From NCBI GenBank assembly GCA_945865425.1, contig CAMBFN010000001.1:1-58038 (forward strand): a stretch of 58,038 nucleotides of DNA, written 5' to 3'. The stretch comes from Comamonas sp. lk. Lineage in GTDB: Bacteria > Pseudomonadota > Gammaproteobacteria > Burkholderiales > Burkholderiaceae_C. The notes under the pieces are model-generated. The model made no database searches. It had not been told where the DNA came from and saw only the letters and a program-made list of their open reading frames with translations. This document shows positions 38,924-49,357 of the stretch, in pieces; positions within the stretch are counted from its first letter, which is position 1, and each line of letters starts with the position of its first letter. A program made the translations under genes and the position numbers.

Positions 38924-40054
38924 TCACGCCAGGGCGCGTTGGATGATAATTTTTTGCACGTCGCTGGTGCCTTCGTAAATCTGGCAAACGCGCACGTCGC
39001 GGTAAATGCGCTCCACCGGAAAATCGCTCACATAGCCGTAGCCGCCCAGCGTTTGGATGGCTACGGTACATACTTTTTCGGCCATTTCGCTGGCAAACAA
39101 TTTGGCCATGGCCGCTTCTTTGAGGCATGGTCGGCCGGCATCGCGCAGGTCCGCTGCATGCCATATCAATTGGCGTGCGGCTTCCAATTGCGTTGCGCAC
39201 TCCGCCAGCCTAAAGCCCACGGCCTGGTGGTTAAAGATAGGCGCGCCAAAACTCTGCCGGTCTTTGGAATAGGCCAGCGCCACTTCAAACGCACTGCGCG
39301 CCATGCCCACACTTTGCGCGGCAATCCCGATGCGCCCACCCTCCAAGCCACCCAAGGCGATGCCATAGCCCTCGCCCTCTTTGCCGATCAAGTTATCCGC
39401 CGGGATGCGACAGTTGTCAAAATTGATTTGCGCCGTATCGCTGCTGTGCTGGCCCAGCTTGTCTTCCAGCCGCGCCACTACATAGCCCGGCGCGGTGGTG
39501 GGCACGAGAAACGCACTCATACCTTTTTTGCCTGCGCCTTTGTCGGTGACGGCAACCACGATTGCCACATCGGCATTTTTGCCGCTGGTGATAAATTGCT
39601 TCACGCCGCTCAGCACATAGGCATCGCCATCGCGTACCGCCGTAGTACGCAGGCTGGAGGCGTCCGAGCCTACATGCGGCTCGGTCAGGCAAAAAGCGCC
39701 TAGCATCTGGCCTTGCGCCAAGGGTATGAGCCACTGTTTTTTCTGCGCCGCATTGCCATAGCGCATCAAGATGGCGTTGACCGGACAATTGGTCACGCTA
39801 ATGACCGTGCTGGTGCCGCCGTCGCCAGCGGCAATCTCTTCCAGCACCAAAGCCAGCGTCAGATAGTCAAGCTGCACACCGCCGTATTCCTCAGGCACGC
39901 AAATGCCGTAAGCGCCCAGCGCAGCCAAGCCCTTGTGCGCGTCTTTAGGGAAAGTGTGTTCCTTGTCCCAGCGCGGGGCGTGTGGCCACAGTTCGTTTTG
40001 CGCAAAGTCGCGCACCGCATCGCGAATGGCTTCCTGGTCGGGGGTGAGGAGCAT
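38924..40054 (-). CDS. Acyl-CoA dehydrogenase (short/branched chain)
   Basis: FCLTEPHVGSD, GVKQFITSG, GGRIGIAAQ, QTLGGYGY and QIYEGTSDVQ motifs. Confidence 0.95.
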   Translation of the reverse strand: MLLTPDQEAIRDAVRDFAQNELWPHAPRWDKEHTFPKDAHKGLAALGAYGICVPEEYGGVQLDYLTLALVLEEIAAGDGGTSTVISVTNCPVNAILMRYGNAAQKKQWLIPLAQGQMLGAFCLTEPHVGSDASSLRTTAVRDGDAYVLSGVKQFITSGKNADVAIVVAVTDKGAGKKGMSAFLVPTTAPGYVVARLEDKLGQHSSDTAQINFDNCRIPADNLIGKEGEGYGIALGGLEGGRIGIAAQSVGMARSAFEVALAYSKDRQSFGAPIFNHQAVGFRLAECATQLEAARQLIWHAADLRDAGRPCLKEAAMAKLFASEMAEKVCTVAIQTLGGYGYVSDFPVERIYRDVRVCQIYEGTSDVQKIIIQRALA

Positions 40055-40062
40055 GGCAGGCC

Positions 40063-41244
40063 TTACAACATTTCCACCGCCACCGCAGTCGCCTCGCCGC
40101 CCCCAATACACAGCGTCGCCAGCCCACGCTTCAAACCCCGCGCTTTCAGCGCATGCAAAAGCGTGACCATGATGCGCGCGCCGGATGCGCCTATGGGGTG
40201 GCCCAAGGCGCAGGCGCCGCCGTTGACGTTGACCTTGTCGTGGGTGATACCCAACTCTTTCATCAGCGCCATGGGCACCACCGCAAAGGCTTCGTTGATT
40301 TCCCACAAGTCCACATCGCCCACCGCCCAGCCGGCTTTGGCCAAGGCTTTTTGTGTCGCGCCCACAGGCGCGGTGGCAAACCACTCAGGCGCTTGCGCGT
40401 GGGTGGCGTGGCTGACGATGCGGGCCAGGGGTTTGCAAGCCAATTGCGCTGCGGTGCTGGCGCGCATCAACACCATGGCGGCTGCGCCGTCGTTGATGGA
40501 GGAGCTGGAGGCGGCGGTAATCGTGCCGTCTTTTTTGAATGCCGGCCTGAGACCGGGGATTTTGTCCAGTTTGATCTTGCCCGGGCCTTCGTCCATGCTC
40601 ACCACGCGCTCGCCGCTGCGCTCTTTCACAGTGACGGGGGTGATTTCGGTGGCAAAGGCACCGCTGGCAATGGCCGCTTGCGCACGCTGCACACTGGCGG
40701 TGGCAAACGCGTCTTGCTCGGCGCGGGTGAAGCTGTATTTGGCGGCGCAGTCTTCGCCAAAGGTGCCCATGCTGCGGCCCGCTTCGTAGGCGTCTTCCAG
40801 GCCGTCGAGCATCATGTGGTCATAGACCTTGTCATGGCCCATGCGGTAGCCGCCACGGCCTTTGAGTAAGAGGTAAGGCGCATTGGTCATGCTCTCCATG
40901 CCGCCGGCCACCAGCACGTCCTGGCTGCGCGCGGCCAACATATCGTGCGCAAACATGGCTGCGCGCATGCCCGAGCCGCACATTTTGGACAAGGTCACCG
41001 CACCCGCGCTTTGCGGCAAACCGCCTTTAAAGGCCGCCTGGCGCGCTGGCGCTTGACCCTGACCGGCCATCAGGCAATTGCCAAACAAAACTTCGCCCAC
41101 CGCATCAGGCGCGATACCGGCGCGCTCGACGGCGGCGCGGATAGCGGCACCGCCCAGGTCATGCGCGGCCAGGCTTGAAAAATCGCCTTGGAAACTGCCC
41201 ATGGGGGTGCGGGCAGCGCTGACAATAACGATAGGGTCTTGCAT
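40063..41244 (-). CDS. Acetyl-CoA C-acyltransferase (thiolase)
   Basis: KMCGSG, NEAF, GHPIGASG and CIGGG motifs. Confidence 0.96.
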   Translation of the reverse strand: MQDPIVIVSAARTPMGSFQGDFSSLAAHDLGGAAIRAAVERAGIAPDAVGEVLFGNCLMAGQGQAPARQAAFKGGLPQSAGAVTLSKMCGSGMRAAMFAHDMLAARSQDVLVAGGMESMTNAPYLLLKGRGGYRMGHDKVYDHMMLDGLEDAYEAGRSMGTFGEDCAAKYSFTRAEQDAFATASVQRAQAAIASGAFATEITPVTVKERSGERVVSMDEGPGKIKLDKIPGLRPAFKKDGTITAASSSSINDGAAAMVLMRASTAAQLACKPLARIVSHATHAQAPEWFATAPVGATQKALAKAGWAVGDVDLWEINEAFAVVPMALMKELGITHDKVNVNGGACALGHPIGASGARIMVTLLHALKARGLKRGLATLCIGGGEATAVAVEML

Positions 41245-41273
41245 GGTGGGGTTCCTCAAAATGGAGTAGTTCG

Positions 41274-43088
41274 TCAATCGGTTTCAAAGCGTTTTTCCCG
41301 GTCATAGGGGAAGACGTCATGTACATAGCCTTGGGCGATGCGGTCTTTATGGCTTTGCCAGAAGTCCACGTCCAGCAAGTCGGCATGGTGCTCCATAAAG
41401 ACTTTGCGTACTTCCGGGTTGCCCAATAAAAACGGGGTGAAGGTTTCGGGGAAAACGTCTTTGGGACCAACGCTGTACCAGGTCTCGCCGGACATTTCTT
41501 CTTCTTCGTTGCGCGGCTCGGGCACACGGCGGAAATTGCAGTCGGTGATGTATTCAATTTCGTCGTAGTCATAAAACACCACCTTGCCGTGGCGCGTGAT
41601 GCCGAAGTTTTTCCACAGCATGTCCCCGGGGAAAATATTAGCCGCCACCAGGTCTTTGATGGCATTGCCATATTCCACCACGCCACGCGAAATCTGTCCG
41701 CGTGCGCGCTCGGCGTTGGCCGAGGCATTGGTCGCATCGGCACCACCAGCGTCAAAGGCTTCCTGCAGATAAATATTGAGCGGAATCATGCGCCGCTCGA
41801 TATAGACGTGTTTGATGATGACTTCCTGGGTACCATCGCTGCGGATATTGATTTGTAGCTGGCTAGGCGCAAATTTTTCTATCTCAGCCAATAATTCGGA
41901 CTCAAAACGATCCAAGGGAAAACCCACGCCGCTGTATTCCAAGGTGTCGGCCATGCGGCCAACCCGGTCGTGTTGCTTGACCAGCAAGTATTTGCCTTTG
42001 ATTTGCTCGCGCGAGGTGTCTTTGGGCGGCGGATAAAAGTCTTTTATGACTTTGAACACATAAGGGAAGCTAGGCTGGTCAAACACCAGCATCACCATGC
42101 CCTTGATACCCGGCGCAATACGGAACTTGTCGGTAGAGTGGCGCAGGTGGTGCAAAAAGTCGCGGTAAAAAAGCGTCTTACCTTGCTTGGCCAGTCCCAG
42201 CGCGTTGTAGATTTCATTGCGTGGTTTGCGCGGCATCAGGCTGCGCAAAAACTGCACATAGGCCGACGGCACTTGCATGTCCACCATAAAGTAAGCGCGC
42301 GCAAAGCTAAACAGCATGAGCAGATCTTCTTCACCAAATAAGGCAGCGTCGATACGCAGCAGTCCCGTTTTGCCATGCAAAACTGGCAGCGCAAAACCCA
42401 ACTCCTGAAAGCCATTGATCAGCTTGCCGACGATGTAGCAACCCTTGTTGCGAAAGAACAAGCCGGTAAGCACCTGCACCTGAAAATTGGCGCGCAAGGC
42501 AAAGTCGCCTAACTGCTCGCGCATGACTTGCGCTACCCGCGCGGTATCGCGCTCTAAGTCTTCGAAGCCTAAGCGCAAGTCAAAGTCATGGACTATGCCC
42601 AGCGCCGTGGCTTGCATGGTTTCTCGCGTGGGGTAATAGGCGCGGTAGGTAGGGCGGCTCTCTGCCTCGCTGCTCTCGATGTATTCGGTGCTGACCGCAG
42701 GGCGCACAAAAATAAAGTCGTTCTGAAAATAGCTGCGGTGCAGTATTTTGGTGGTCACGGAGTTGAAAAACGTTTCCGCCAGCTCCGGTTGGTGGTGGTC
42801 CACCAGCAAGCCGATATAGAGCAGCTTTATTTGTTGCCAGACCTCCATGGGCTGCTCACCAGCCTTGAACTCACGCTCCAGACGGTTAGAGCATTCCAGC
42901 ACCCGCAAGTCATAAAACTCGATACGCTCGCGTTGAGAGCGTTGCTGACCATGCCAGTCCGCGGTTTCAAATCGGTGTTTGGCGCGCGCAGACTCGGTGC
43001 GAAACAGGCGGTAGTGGCGGTTAAAGCCGTCCATCATGGCCTTGGCGATGTCATAGGCCAGCGGCGAGTCAAGGCGGGTGGGGAACAT
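41274..43088 (-). CDS. aceK: Isocitrate dehydrogenase kinase/phosphatase
   Basis: [47 protein letters not shown] and FYDYDEI motifs. Confidence 0.98.
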   Translation of the reverse strand: MFPTRLDSPLAYDIAKAMMDGFNRHYRLFRTESARAKHRFETADWHGQQRSQRERIEFYDLRVLECSNRLEREFKAGEQPMEVWQQIKLLYIGLLVDHHQPELAETFFNSVTTKILHRSYFQNDFIFVRPAVSTEYIESSEAESRPTYRAYYPTRETMQATALGIVHDFDLRLGFEDLERDTARVAQVMREQLGDFALRANFQVQVLTGLFFRNKGCYIVGKLINGFQELGFALPVLHGKTGLLRIDAALFGEEDLLMLFSFARAYFMVDMQVPSAYVQFLRSLMPRKPRNEIYNALGLAKQGKTLFYRDFLHHLRHSTDKFRIAPGIKGMVMLVFDQPSFPYVFKVIKDFYPPPKDTSREQIKGKYLLVKQHDRVGRMADTLEYSGVGFPLDRFESELLAEIEKFAPSQLQINIRSDGTQEVIIKHVYIERRMIPLNIYLQEAFDAGGADATNASANAERARGQISRGVVEYGNAIKDLVAANIFPGDMLWKNFGITRHGKVVFYDYDEIEYITDCNFRRVPEPRNEEEEMSGETWYSVGPKDVFPETFTPFLLGNPEVRKVFMEHHADLLDVDFWQSHKDRIAQGYVHDVFPYDREKRFETD

Positions 43089-43100
43089 AGCGGTTTAGGC

Positions 43101-43754
43101 TTAACGCGGCGCAGCGGCGATGGCAGCAATCGCAGCGCGGTAGATGGCGGCAATATCGTCTTTGCCACCCAAATGCATGTGCAAATCTTTGAGTAAACCG
43201 TCGTGTAGGCCGTAGACGCAGCCGTGCAGCGTCACCTCCTGGTCCCGCGCCCAAGCGTCTTGCAAGACGGTGCTTTGCGCCACATTGAGCACTTGCTCCA
43301 CCGCATTGAGCTCGCACAAGATATCGGCGCGGGCGGCCTCTGGTGCGGCGTCGATCAAGGCCTGGTGTCGGTCGCGCACGTCCTGAATATGGCGCAGCCA
43401 GTTGTCCGCCAAGCCGATGCGTGCGCCTTCCAGTGCCGCCTGTACGCCCGAGCAACCGTAGTGGCCAACCAACAAAATATCACGCACCTTCAAACGCTCC
43501 ACCGCAAACTGGATGGTGGACAAGGCGTTCAAGTCCGAATGCACCACCACATTGGCCACATTACGATGGACAAAAATTTCACCGGGCGCCAAGCCGATGA
43601 TCTGGTTCGCAGGCACACGGCTATCTGAACAGCCGATCCACATATAGCGCGGTTTTTGCTGCGCCGTCAGGCCGGTAAAAAAGCCGGGCTGCTTGCGCTC
43701 CATTTCAGCGGCCCATGTGCGGTTGCGGGCGAATAAGTCATTTAACTGGGTCAT
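43101..43754 (-). CDS. can: Beta-carbonic anhydrase
   Basis: WIGCSDSRVP, FVHRNVAN and GHYGC Zn ligands. Confidence 0.96.
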   Translation of the reverse strand: MTQLNDLFARNRTWAAEMERKQPGFFTGLTAQQKPRYMWIGCSDSRVPANQIIGLAPGEIFVHRNVANVVVHSDLNALSTIQFAVERLKVRDILLVGHYGCSGVQAALEGARIGLADNWLRHIQDVRDRHQALIDAAPEAARADILCELNAVEQVLNVAQSTVLQDAWARDQEVTLHGCVYGLHDGLLKDLHMHLGGKDDIAAIYRAAIAAIAAAPR

Positions 43755-43780
43755 ACAAATTGGGCTTTGCGCTACAAAGT

Positions 43781-44959
43781 TTAGGCGGTTTCGGAAAACA
43801 ATTCACGGCCGATGAGCATACGGCGAATCTCGCTGGTGCCAGCACCGATTTCATAGAGTTTGGCATCGCGCCACAAACGGCCCAACGGATAGTCGTTGAT
43901 ATAGCCATTGCCGCCAAATATCTGCACGCCTTCGCCGGCCATCCAGGTGGCTTTTTCGGCAGTCCACAAAATCACACTGGCGCAGTCTTTGCGCACGCGG
44001 CGCACATGTTCGCTGCCCAAGGCGTCCAAGTTTTTAGCTACCGTATACGCAAACGAGCGGCCCGCTTGCAGCACGGTGTACATATCGGCCACCTTACCTT
44101 GTATCAACTGGAACTCGCCAATGCTTTGGCCAAACTGCTTGCGTTCGTGGATATAGGGCATGACGTTGTCCATCACCGCTTGCATGATGCCCAATGGTCC
44201 GCCGCTCAGCACCGCACGCTCATAGTCCAGGCCGCTCATCAGCACCTTGGCGCCATTGTTGATACCGCCCAGCACCTGGGATAAAGGCACTTCCACGTTG
44301 TTAAATACCAACTCGCCCGTGTGGCTACCACGCATGCCCAGCTTGTCGAGTTTTTGCGCGACCGAGAAACCCGGCATGCTTTTTTCAATCAAAAAAGCCG
44401 TGACGCCGCGCGCACCCAGTTCCGGATCGGTTTTGGCATAGACCACCAGGGTGTCGGCATCCGGGCCATTGGTGATCCACATTTTGCTGCCATTGAGCAC
44501 AAAGTAGCCTCCCTTGTCCTGCGCGCGCAGTTTCATGGACAGCACATCGCTGCCCGCACCGGGCTCGCTCATAGCCAGGGCGCCCACGTGCTCGCCGCTG
44601 ATCAGCTTGGGCAGGTAGCGCTGACGCTGCTCGGGCGTGCCGTTGCGCCGAATCTGGTTCACACACAAGTTGCTGTGCGCGCCGTACGACAAACCCACCG
44701 AAGCGCTAGCGCGCGAAATCTCTTCCATGGCCACCATATGGGCCAAGTAGCCCATGGCGGAGCCACCATATTCTTCTTCGACGGTAATACCCAGCACGCC
44801 CAGATCGCCCATCTTGCGCCACAAGTCCATGGGGAACTGGTCGTCGCGGTCAATGGCGGCGGCGCGCGGCGCGATTTCGGCTTGCGCAAAATCATGCACG
44901 GCTTGACGCAGCGAATCCACGTCTTCGCCGAGTTGAAAGTCCAGTCCTGGCAGTGTCAT
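43781..44959 (-). CDS. liuA: Isovaleryl-CoA dehydrogenase
   Basis: [30 protein letters not shown] and [11 protein letters not shown] motifs; downstream of LiuR. Confidence 0.94.
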   Translation of the reverse strand: MTLPGLDFQLGEDVDSLRQAVHDFAQAEIAPRAAAIDRDDQFPMDLWRKMGDLGVLGITVEEEYGGSAMGYLAHMVAMEEISRASASVGLSYGAHSNLCVNQIRRNGTPEQRQRYLPKLISGEHVGALAMSEPGAGSDVLSMKLRAQDKGGYFVLNGSKMWITNGPDADTLVVYAKTDPELGARGVTAFLIEKSMPGFSVAQKLDKLGMRGSHTGELVFNNVEVPLSQVLGGINNGAKVLMSGLDYERAVLSGGPLGIMQAVMDNVMPYIHERKQFGQSIGEFQLIQGKVADMYTVLQAGRSFAYTVAKNLDALGSEHVRRVRKDCASVILWTAEKATWMAGEGVQIFGGNGYINDYPLGRLWRDAKLYEIGAGTSEIRRMLIGRELFSETA

Positions 44960-44983
44960 TTTTAGTCCCCTCGCAAAAAATTT

Positions 44984-45430
44984 TCAGGCGCTGGCGGGCA
45001 CCGTAGTCAAGGTTTGCTGCATCAGCGCACACAGGCTAGTGTGCCCTTTCGCATCCACATGCAGCACCTCTGCCGATGCCACCGTAATCCGCTTACCGGC
45101 GCGCACCACTTTGCCGGTGGCGCGCAATTGGCCATCTCTAAAAGCCGCCAAAAAATTGATTTTGTATTCCACCGTGGTGACCTCAAGCCCCTCGGGGGCA
45201 AGCGTCAGCGCCGCATAGCCGCCAGCGATATCGGCCAACATGCCGGTGGCACCGCCATGAAACCCAAGTTGCTGCTGCGTCACTTTGTCCGAATAAGGCA
45301 GGGCCAACTCGACGCAACCGGGCTCGGCGCGCAGCAGGCGCACGCCCAGCGCCTGCGACATACCCTGACGCGCCAAACTGGTGGCAATGCGCTCCCACAG
45401 CAATGGGTAAGGCTGGGAATCAGCGGACAT
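44984..45430 (-). CDS. PaaI-family hotdog thioesterase
   Basis: TQQ.GFHGG..GMLADIAGG and TVEYKINFL motifs. Confidence 0.9.
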   Translation of the reverse strand: MSADSQPYPLLWERIATSLARQGMSQALGVRLLRAEPGCVELALPYSDKVTQQQLGFHGGATGMLADIAGGYAALTLAPEGLEVTTVEYKINFLAAFRDGQLRATGKVVRAGKRITVASAEVLHVDAKGHTSLCALMQQTLTTVPASA

Positions 45431-45857
45431 GCGCGGCTGGGGTTTTGGGTTTTTTTCTTTTGGGCGCGCTTGCCGCCACTTTGCCCAGCAAGGCCCGCGC
45501 TTCGCGCTGGTGCACTTTGATCTCGTCCAGATTGGACTGCAAATCGGCCATTTGCTCTTCAATGCGGCTGCGGTGCACGTCCAGCACTTCCAAAAATTTG
45601 GTCAGCTGCATGCCGCTATCGCGCGGGCTTTCGTAGGTATCGATGATGTCCTTGGCCTCTGTCAAACTCAGACCCAGGCGCTTTGCACGCAAGGTCAACT
45701 TCAATCGCGTGCGGTCGCGCACGCTATACACCCGGTTGCGCCCGCCCGGACCGGTGCGCTCGGGCTGCAACAAGCCCAGGTCCTCGTAAAAACGGATGGC
45801 TCGGGTGGTCAGGTCAAACTCGCGTGACAAGTCGCTGATGCTGAAGGTACTGCTCAT
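45420..45857 (-). CDS. liuR: MerR family regulator LiuR
   Basis: FSISDLSREFDLTTRAIRFYED.GLLQPER; heads the ivd cluster; LiuR-type palindrome upstream. Confidence 0.88.
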   Translation of the reverse strand: MSSTFSISDLSREFDLTTRAIRFYEDLGLLQPERTGPGGRNRVYSVRDRTRLKLTLRAKRLGLSLTEAKDIIDTYESPRDSGMQLTKFLEVLDVHRSRIEEQMADLQSNLDEIKVHQREARALLGKVAASAPKRKKPKTPAAHVR

Positions 45858-45938
45858 AGGCGGTGGCAAAGAACTGACAAGATGCAAGACACAAACCAAT
45901 GCGACAGAGGCACGGGGCCGGGCTGTCTAGAATTGGGG

Positions 45939-45960
45939 TTGACGTTTACGTAAACGTCAA
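45939..45960. promoter_or_regulatory. LiuR operator (perfect 22-bp palindrome)
   Basis: TTGACGTTTAC|GTAAACGTCAA contains the LiuR ACGT-NN-ACGT motif; lies between divergent liuR and MBL genes, just after a TAGAAT -10 box. Confidence 0.88.
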
Positions 45961-45983
45961 TTATGAACCATAAGCCACCCACC

Positions 45984-47054
45984 ATGAACGCCCTCGAATC
46001 CCACCTGCACTATCCCTTGGGCAGTGCCCTGCCAACGCCGGGGGGCAGCATTGAAGTGGCGCCTGGCATTTTGTGGGTACGCATGACACTGCCTTTTGCG
46101 CTGGACCATATCAACCTGTGGCTCTTGCGTGATTGCATGGAAGGCGAAAACGGTCCAATTGAGGGCTGGAGCGTAGTGGACTGTTGCATCCACCGCGACG
46201 AGGCCAAGGCCCAATGGGAACAAATTTTTGCCAGTCAATTGCAAGGATTGCCTATCCTGCGCGTTATCTGCACCCATATGCACCCGGACCATATCGGTCT
46301 GGCCCATTGGCTGTGCGAGCGCTGGAAAGTGGATTTATGGATCAGCGCTGCCGACTACCAGGTAGCGCGCTTTGCCTGCATGGGCGCCAACGGCTTTGGC
46401 GGCGAACGCTCGGCCGCCTACTTCGCCGCCCATGGCATGAACGACGAGGGTTCGGTAGAGCAAGTGCGCGCCCGCACCAACTACTTTCCTAATCTGGTGC
46501 CATCGGTGCCCGACAGCTACCACCGCCTGATGGACGGCACTATGCTGGAAATCGGTGGACACAACTGGCGCTGCATCAGCGGCTACGGCCATGCCCCCGA
46601 GCACATCGCGCTGTACTGCGAAGACTTGGCTGTGCTGATCGGCGGCGACATGATGCTGCCGCGCATTTCTACCAATGTCAGCGTCTATGAACAAGAACCC
46701 GAGGCCGATGCGCTCAAACTTTTTTTGGACTCGATTGACAAATTCAAACCCTTGCCCTTGGATACCTTGACGCTACCGGCGCACGGCAAGCCTTTCACCG
46801 GTTTGCATGTACGCATTGAACAACTGCACACCCACCACCGTGAGCGCTTGGCCGAAGTCCTGCAGGCCTGCGAAGCCGGACCGCAAAGCGCACGCGATGT
46901 GGTGCCGGTACTGTTCACTCGCGCGCTGGACTTGCACCAGATGACTTTTGCCATGGGCGAGGCAGTGGCGCACTTACATATGCTGTGGTTCCAGAAAAAA
47001 CTACGCCGCTCTTTGGGCGCCGATGGTGTTTACCGATTTAGCCTGCCAGGCTAA
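45984..47054 (+). CDS. MBL-fold metallo-hydrolase
   Basis: LPFALDHIN, THMHPDHIG, GHAPEH and LPAHG motifs; start may be 45963. Confidence 0.92.
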   Translation: MNALESHLHYPLGSALPTPGGSIEVAPGILWVRMTLPFALDHINLWLLRDCMEGENGPIEGWSVVDCCIHRDEAKAQWEQIFASQLQGLPILRVICTHMHPDHIGLAHWLCERWKVDLWISAADYQVARFACMGANGFGGERSAAYFAAHGMNDEGSVEQVRARTNYFPNLVPSVPDSYHRLMDGTMLEIGGHNWRCISGYGHAPEHIALYCEDLAVLIGGDMMLPRISTNVSVYEQEPEADALKLFLDSIDKFKPLPLDTLTLPAHGKPFTGLHVRIEQLHTHHRERLAEVLQACEAGPQSARDVVPVLFTRALDLHQMTFAMGEAVAHLHMLWFQKKLRRSLGADGVYRFSLPG

Positions 47055-47063
47055 ACCCGCGCC

Positions 47064-48002
47064 TTACCAAAGCGGCGCGGTCGGATCTTTGAGCTTTTTG
47101 CGCCGCTGCGGGTAGTCAGGCATCACGCTGCCCACGGTTTGCCAAAAGCGCGGGCTGTGGTTCATGACGCGCAAATGGCTGAGCTCATGCGCCACGACGT
47201 AGTCGATCACCGGCAACTCAAAATGCATTAAGCGCCAGTTCAATCGGATCGAGCCGTCGCTATTGGCGCTGCCCCAGCGCTTGTCCGCATTGCTCAGCGA
47301 TAGCCGCGTCCAGTGCACTTGCAATTGCGGAGCAAAGTGATTGAGCCGCTCTTCAAACAAGGCCTGGGCCTGACGCATCAGCCAGGCCTGCGTGGCATCG
47401 CGGATTTGCGCAGCGCTGGCGTCTGCAGGAAGCGCGATGCGCAACTCGCGCAACAGCGGCCCGCCCTGCCCGCCCTGGGCCTCTACCAAGGCCGCGCCCA
47501 CCGCGCTAAAGCCGTGCGAAGGGTCCAGGCGCAAGCGCAACAGCCCACCAAGATAGGGAAAGACTGCGCCATCGCACCACTCAATACGGGTTTGCTGTAA
47601 GTGCGTATGCCGCTCGCGGCTTTCGTGCAGTTTGCGTACTATCCACTGGGCACGTGCCAGCAAGACCTGGTCGATTTCGAGCAAGGATGTCCAGCGCGGT
47701 GCACGCACGCTCAAACCATCGGGCCCGATGCGCATGCCGATGCTGCGCCGGCGCGCACGTACTAGCGAAAACGCTACCTGCACCCCTTGCAAACGCAGGC
47801 TGCGCGTGGCTTGGGGATGGGCAAACCCGGCATCGAGTGTCGGCACAGGCGCTAAGGCACTCTCGCTTGGTGCCTTGGACATACCGGGTTTGGCAGCGCG
47901 ACGCGGCGCGCGCGCGGGCGGCTTGGGAGGCGCAGTTTTTGCCGATGGCGCAGAGCCCAGCGATTCAAATAAATCTAAGGTGTAACGTAGCAGCGGATGC
48001 AT
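47064..48002 (-). CDS. YgjP-like (DUF45) zinc metalloprotein
   Basis: RRRSIG, RWGSA, IRLNWRL and YVVAHELSHL..MNHSPRFW motifs. Confidence 0.9.
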   Translation of the reverse strand: MHPLLRYTLDLFESLGSAPSAKTAPPKPPARAPRRAAKPGMSKAPSESALAPVPTLDAGFAHPQATRSLRLQGVQVAFSLVRARRRSIGMRIGPDGLSVRAPRWTSLLEIDQVLLARAQWIVRKLHESRERHTHLQQTRIEWCDGAVFPYLGGLLRLRLDPSHGFSAVGAALVEAQGGQGGPLLRELRIALPADASAAQIRDATQAWLMRQAQALFEERLNHFAPQLQVHWTRLSLSNADKRWGSANSDGSIRLNWRLMHFELPVIDYVVAHELSHLRVMNHSPRFWQTVGSVMPDYPQRRKKLKDPTAPLW

Positions 48003-48022
48003 GGCCCGGGCGCTCTGGTGTG

Positions 48023-48766
48023 CTAAGGCTGGGGCGGGTAAGCGTCCGGGTCCAGACGGCGCATTTCGGCCTCGATCCAGGTCTCTACTTCGCGCATCAT
48101 TTCTTCCGGACTGCGGCCTTCGCTGGCGATTGCCGGGCCGATGGACACATCGACCAGGCCGGGGTATTTGATAAAAGCTTTGCGCGGCCAAACGCGGGCC
48201 GAATTCACCGCTATCGGAAACACCGGCGCGCCGGTCTCAATAGCCAGTCGCGTCCCACCGGCTTTGTACACGCCCATCTCGCCGCGCGGTATGCGCGTGC
48301 CCTCGGGAAACATGATGATCCAGACGCCACGGGCCAGCAATTCTTGTCCTTGCGAAACTACCTTGTTAAAGGCTTGGGAACGCTGGCTGCGGTCAATATG
48401 AATCATGTCCAGTCGGCTCATGGCCCAGCCAAAAAACGGCACATACAGCAGCTCTTTTTTGAACACAAACGCCAGCGGATGCGGCATGAGCGAAGGCAGC
48501 AAAAATGTCTCCAGGGTTGACTGGTGTTTGACCAACAACACGGCTGCGCTGTTTTCGCCAGTAGGCAAATGTTCCCAGCCACTGATGCGCACCCGAATGC
48601 CCAGAATCACGCGCGCACCGGCAATTGCGGTGCGCAACCAAGCGCGCGCCATGGCCCACAGCGGATTGCCCCGAATAAAAATCGAAGCGCCCAAAATCGC
48701 AAACGCAAAAGGTACTACGGTGGCCATCATCCACAACATGTGCAAAACCGAGCGGATGAATGGCAT
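48023..48766 (-). CDS. plsC: 1-acyl-sn-glycerol-3-phosphate acyltransferase
   Basis: KHQSTLET, FKKEL, IDR and FPEGTR motifs; glyQS-gmhB-plsC gene order. Confidence 0.9.
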   Translation of the reverse strand: MPFIRSVLHMLWMMATVVPFAFAILGASIFIRGNPLWAMARAWLRTAIAGARVILGIRVRISGWEHLPTGENSAAVLLVKHQSTLETFLLPSLMPHPLAFVFKKELLYVPFFGWAMSRLDMIHIDRSQRSQAFNKVVSQGQELLARGVWIIMFPEGTRIPRGEMGVYKAGGTRLAIETGAPVFPIAVNSARVWPRKAFIKYPGLVDVSIGPAIASEGRSPEEMMREVETWIEAEMRRLDPDAYPPQP

Positions 48767-48794
48767 AAATCTGTCGTGCAAGTAAAACCAGGCG

Positions 48795-49343
48795 CTAGCT
48801 GCGCGCCACCAAATAGTCCGCAAACGCGGACAGATCTACATGCACCATCGTTTGCGGCGGAAAGTCCTCTGGCAGTGGCTGGCCGCGCCAGAGCGCGCCT
48901 TTGCCGGTTTGCACCACGTGCGGCGTGCAGCCTGCGCCTATGGCGGCAACCATGTCGCGCGGGGTGTCGCCCACCGCAGGCATGGTAGCCAGACCCATGC
49001 CATAGCGCTCGGCAATTTGTTCAAACAAGCCCGAGGCGGGTTTGCGACATTTACAGTTTTCGGCCGGGCTGTGGGGGCAGTAAAAAACAGCGTCGATGCG
49101 CCCGCCCACTGCGGCGAGCATGCTGTGCATTTTGGCGTGCATGGCATTGAGCGCTGCCACATCAAACAGCCCACGCCCCAGTCCCGACTGGTTACTGGCC
49201 ACCACCACATGCCAGCCGGCATGGTTGATGCGCGCTATCGCATCCAGCGCGCCAGGCAGCGGTATCCATTCGTCGGCGGACTTGATGTACTCGTCGCTGT
49301 CCTCGTTGATCGTGCCGTCGCGGTCGAGGATACAAAGTTTCAT
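48795..49343 (-). CDS. gmhB: D-glycero-D-manno-heptose 1,7-bisphosphate phosphatase
   Basis: LDRDGTIN, SNQSG, CPH...CKCRKP and VGD motifs. Confidence 0.95.
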   Translation of the reverse strand: MKLCILDRDGTINEDSDEYIKSADEWIPLPGALDAIARINHAGWHVVVASNQSGLGRGLFDVAALNAMHAKMHSMLAAVGGRIDAVFYCPHSPAENCKCRKPASGLFEQIAERYGMGLATMPAVGDTPRDMVAAIGAGCTPHVVQTGKGALWRGQPLPEDFPPQTMVHVDLSAFADYLVARS

Positions 49344-49357
49344 GATGCTACAGAGGT

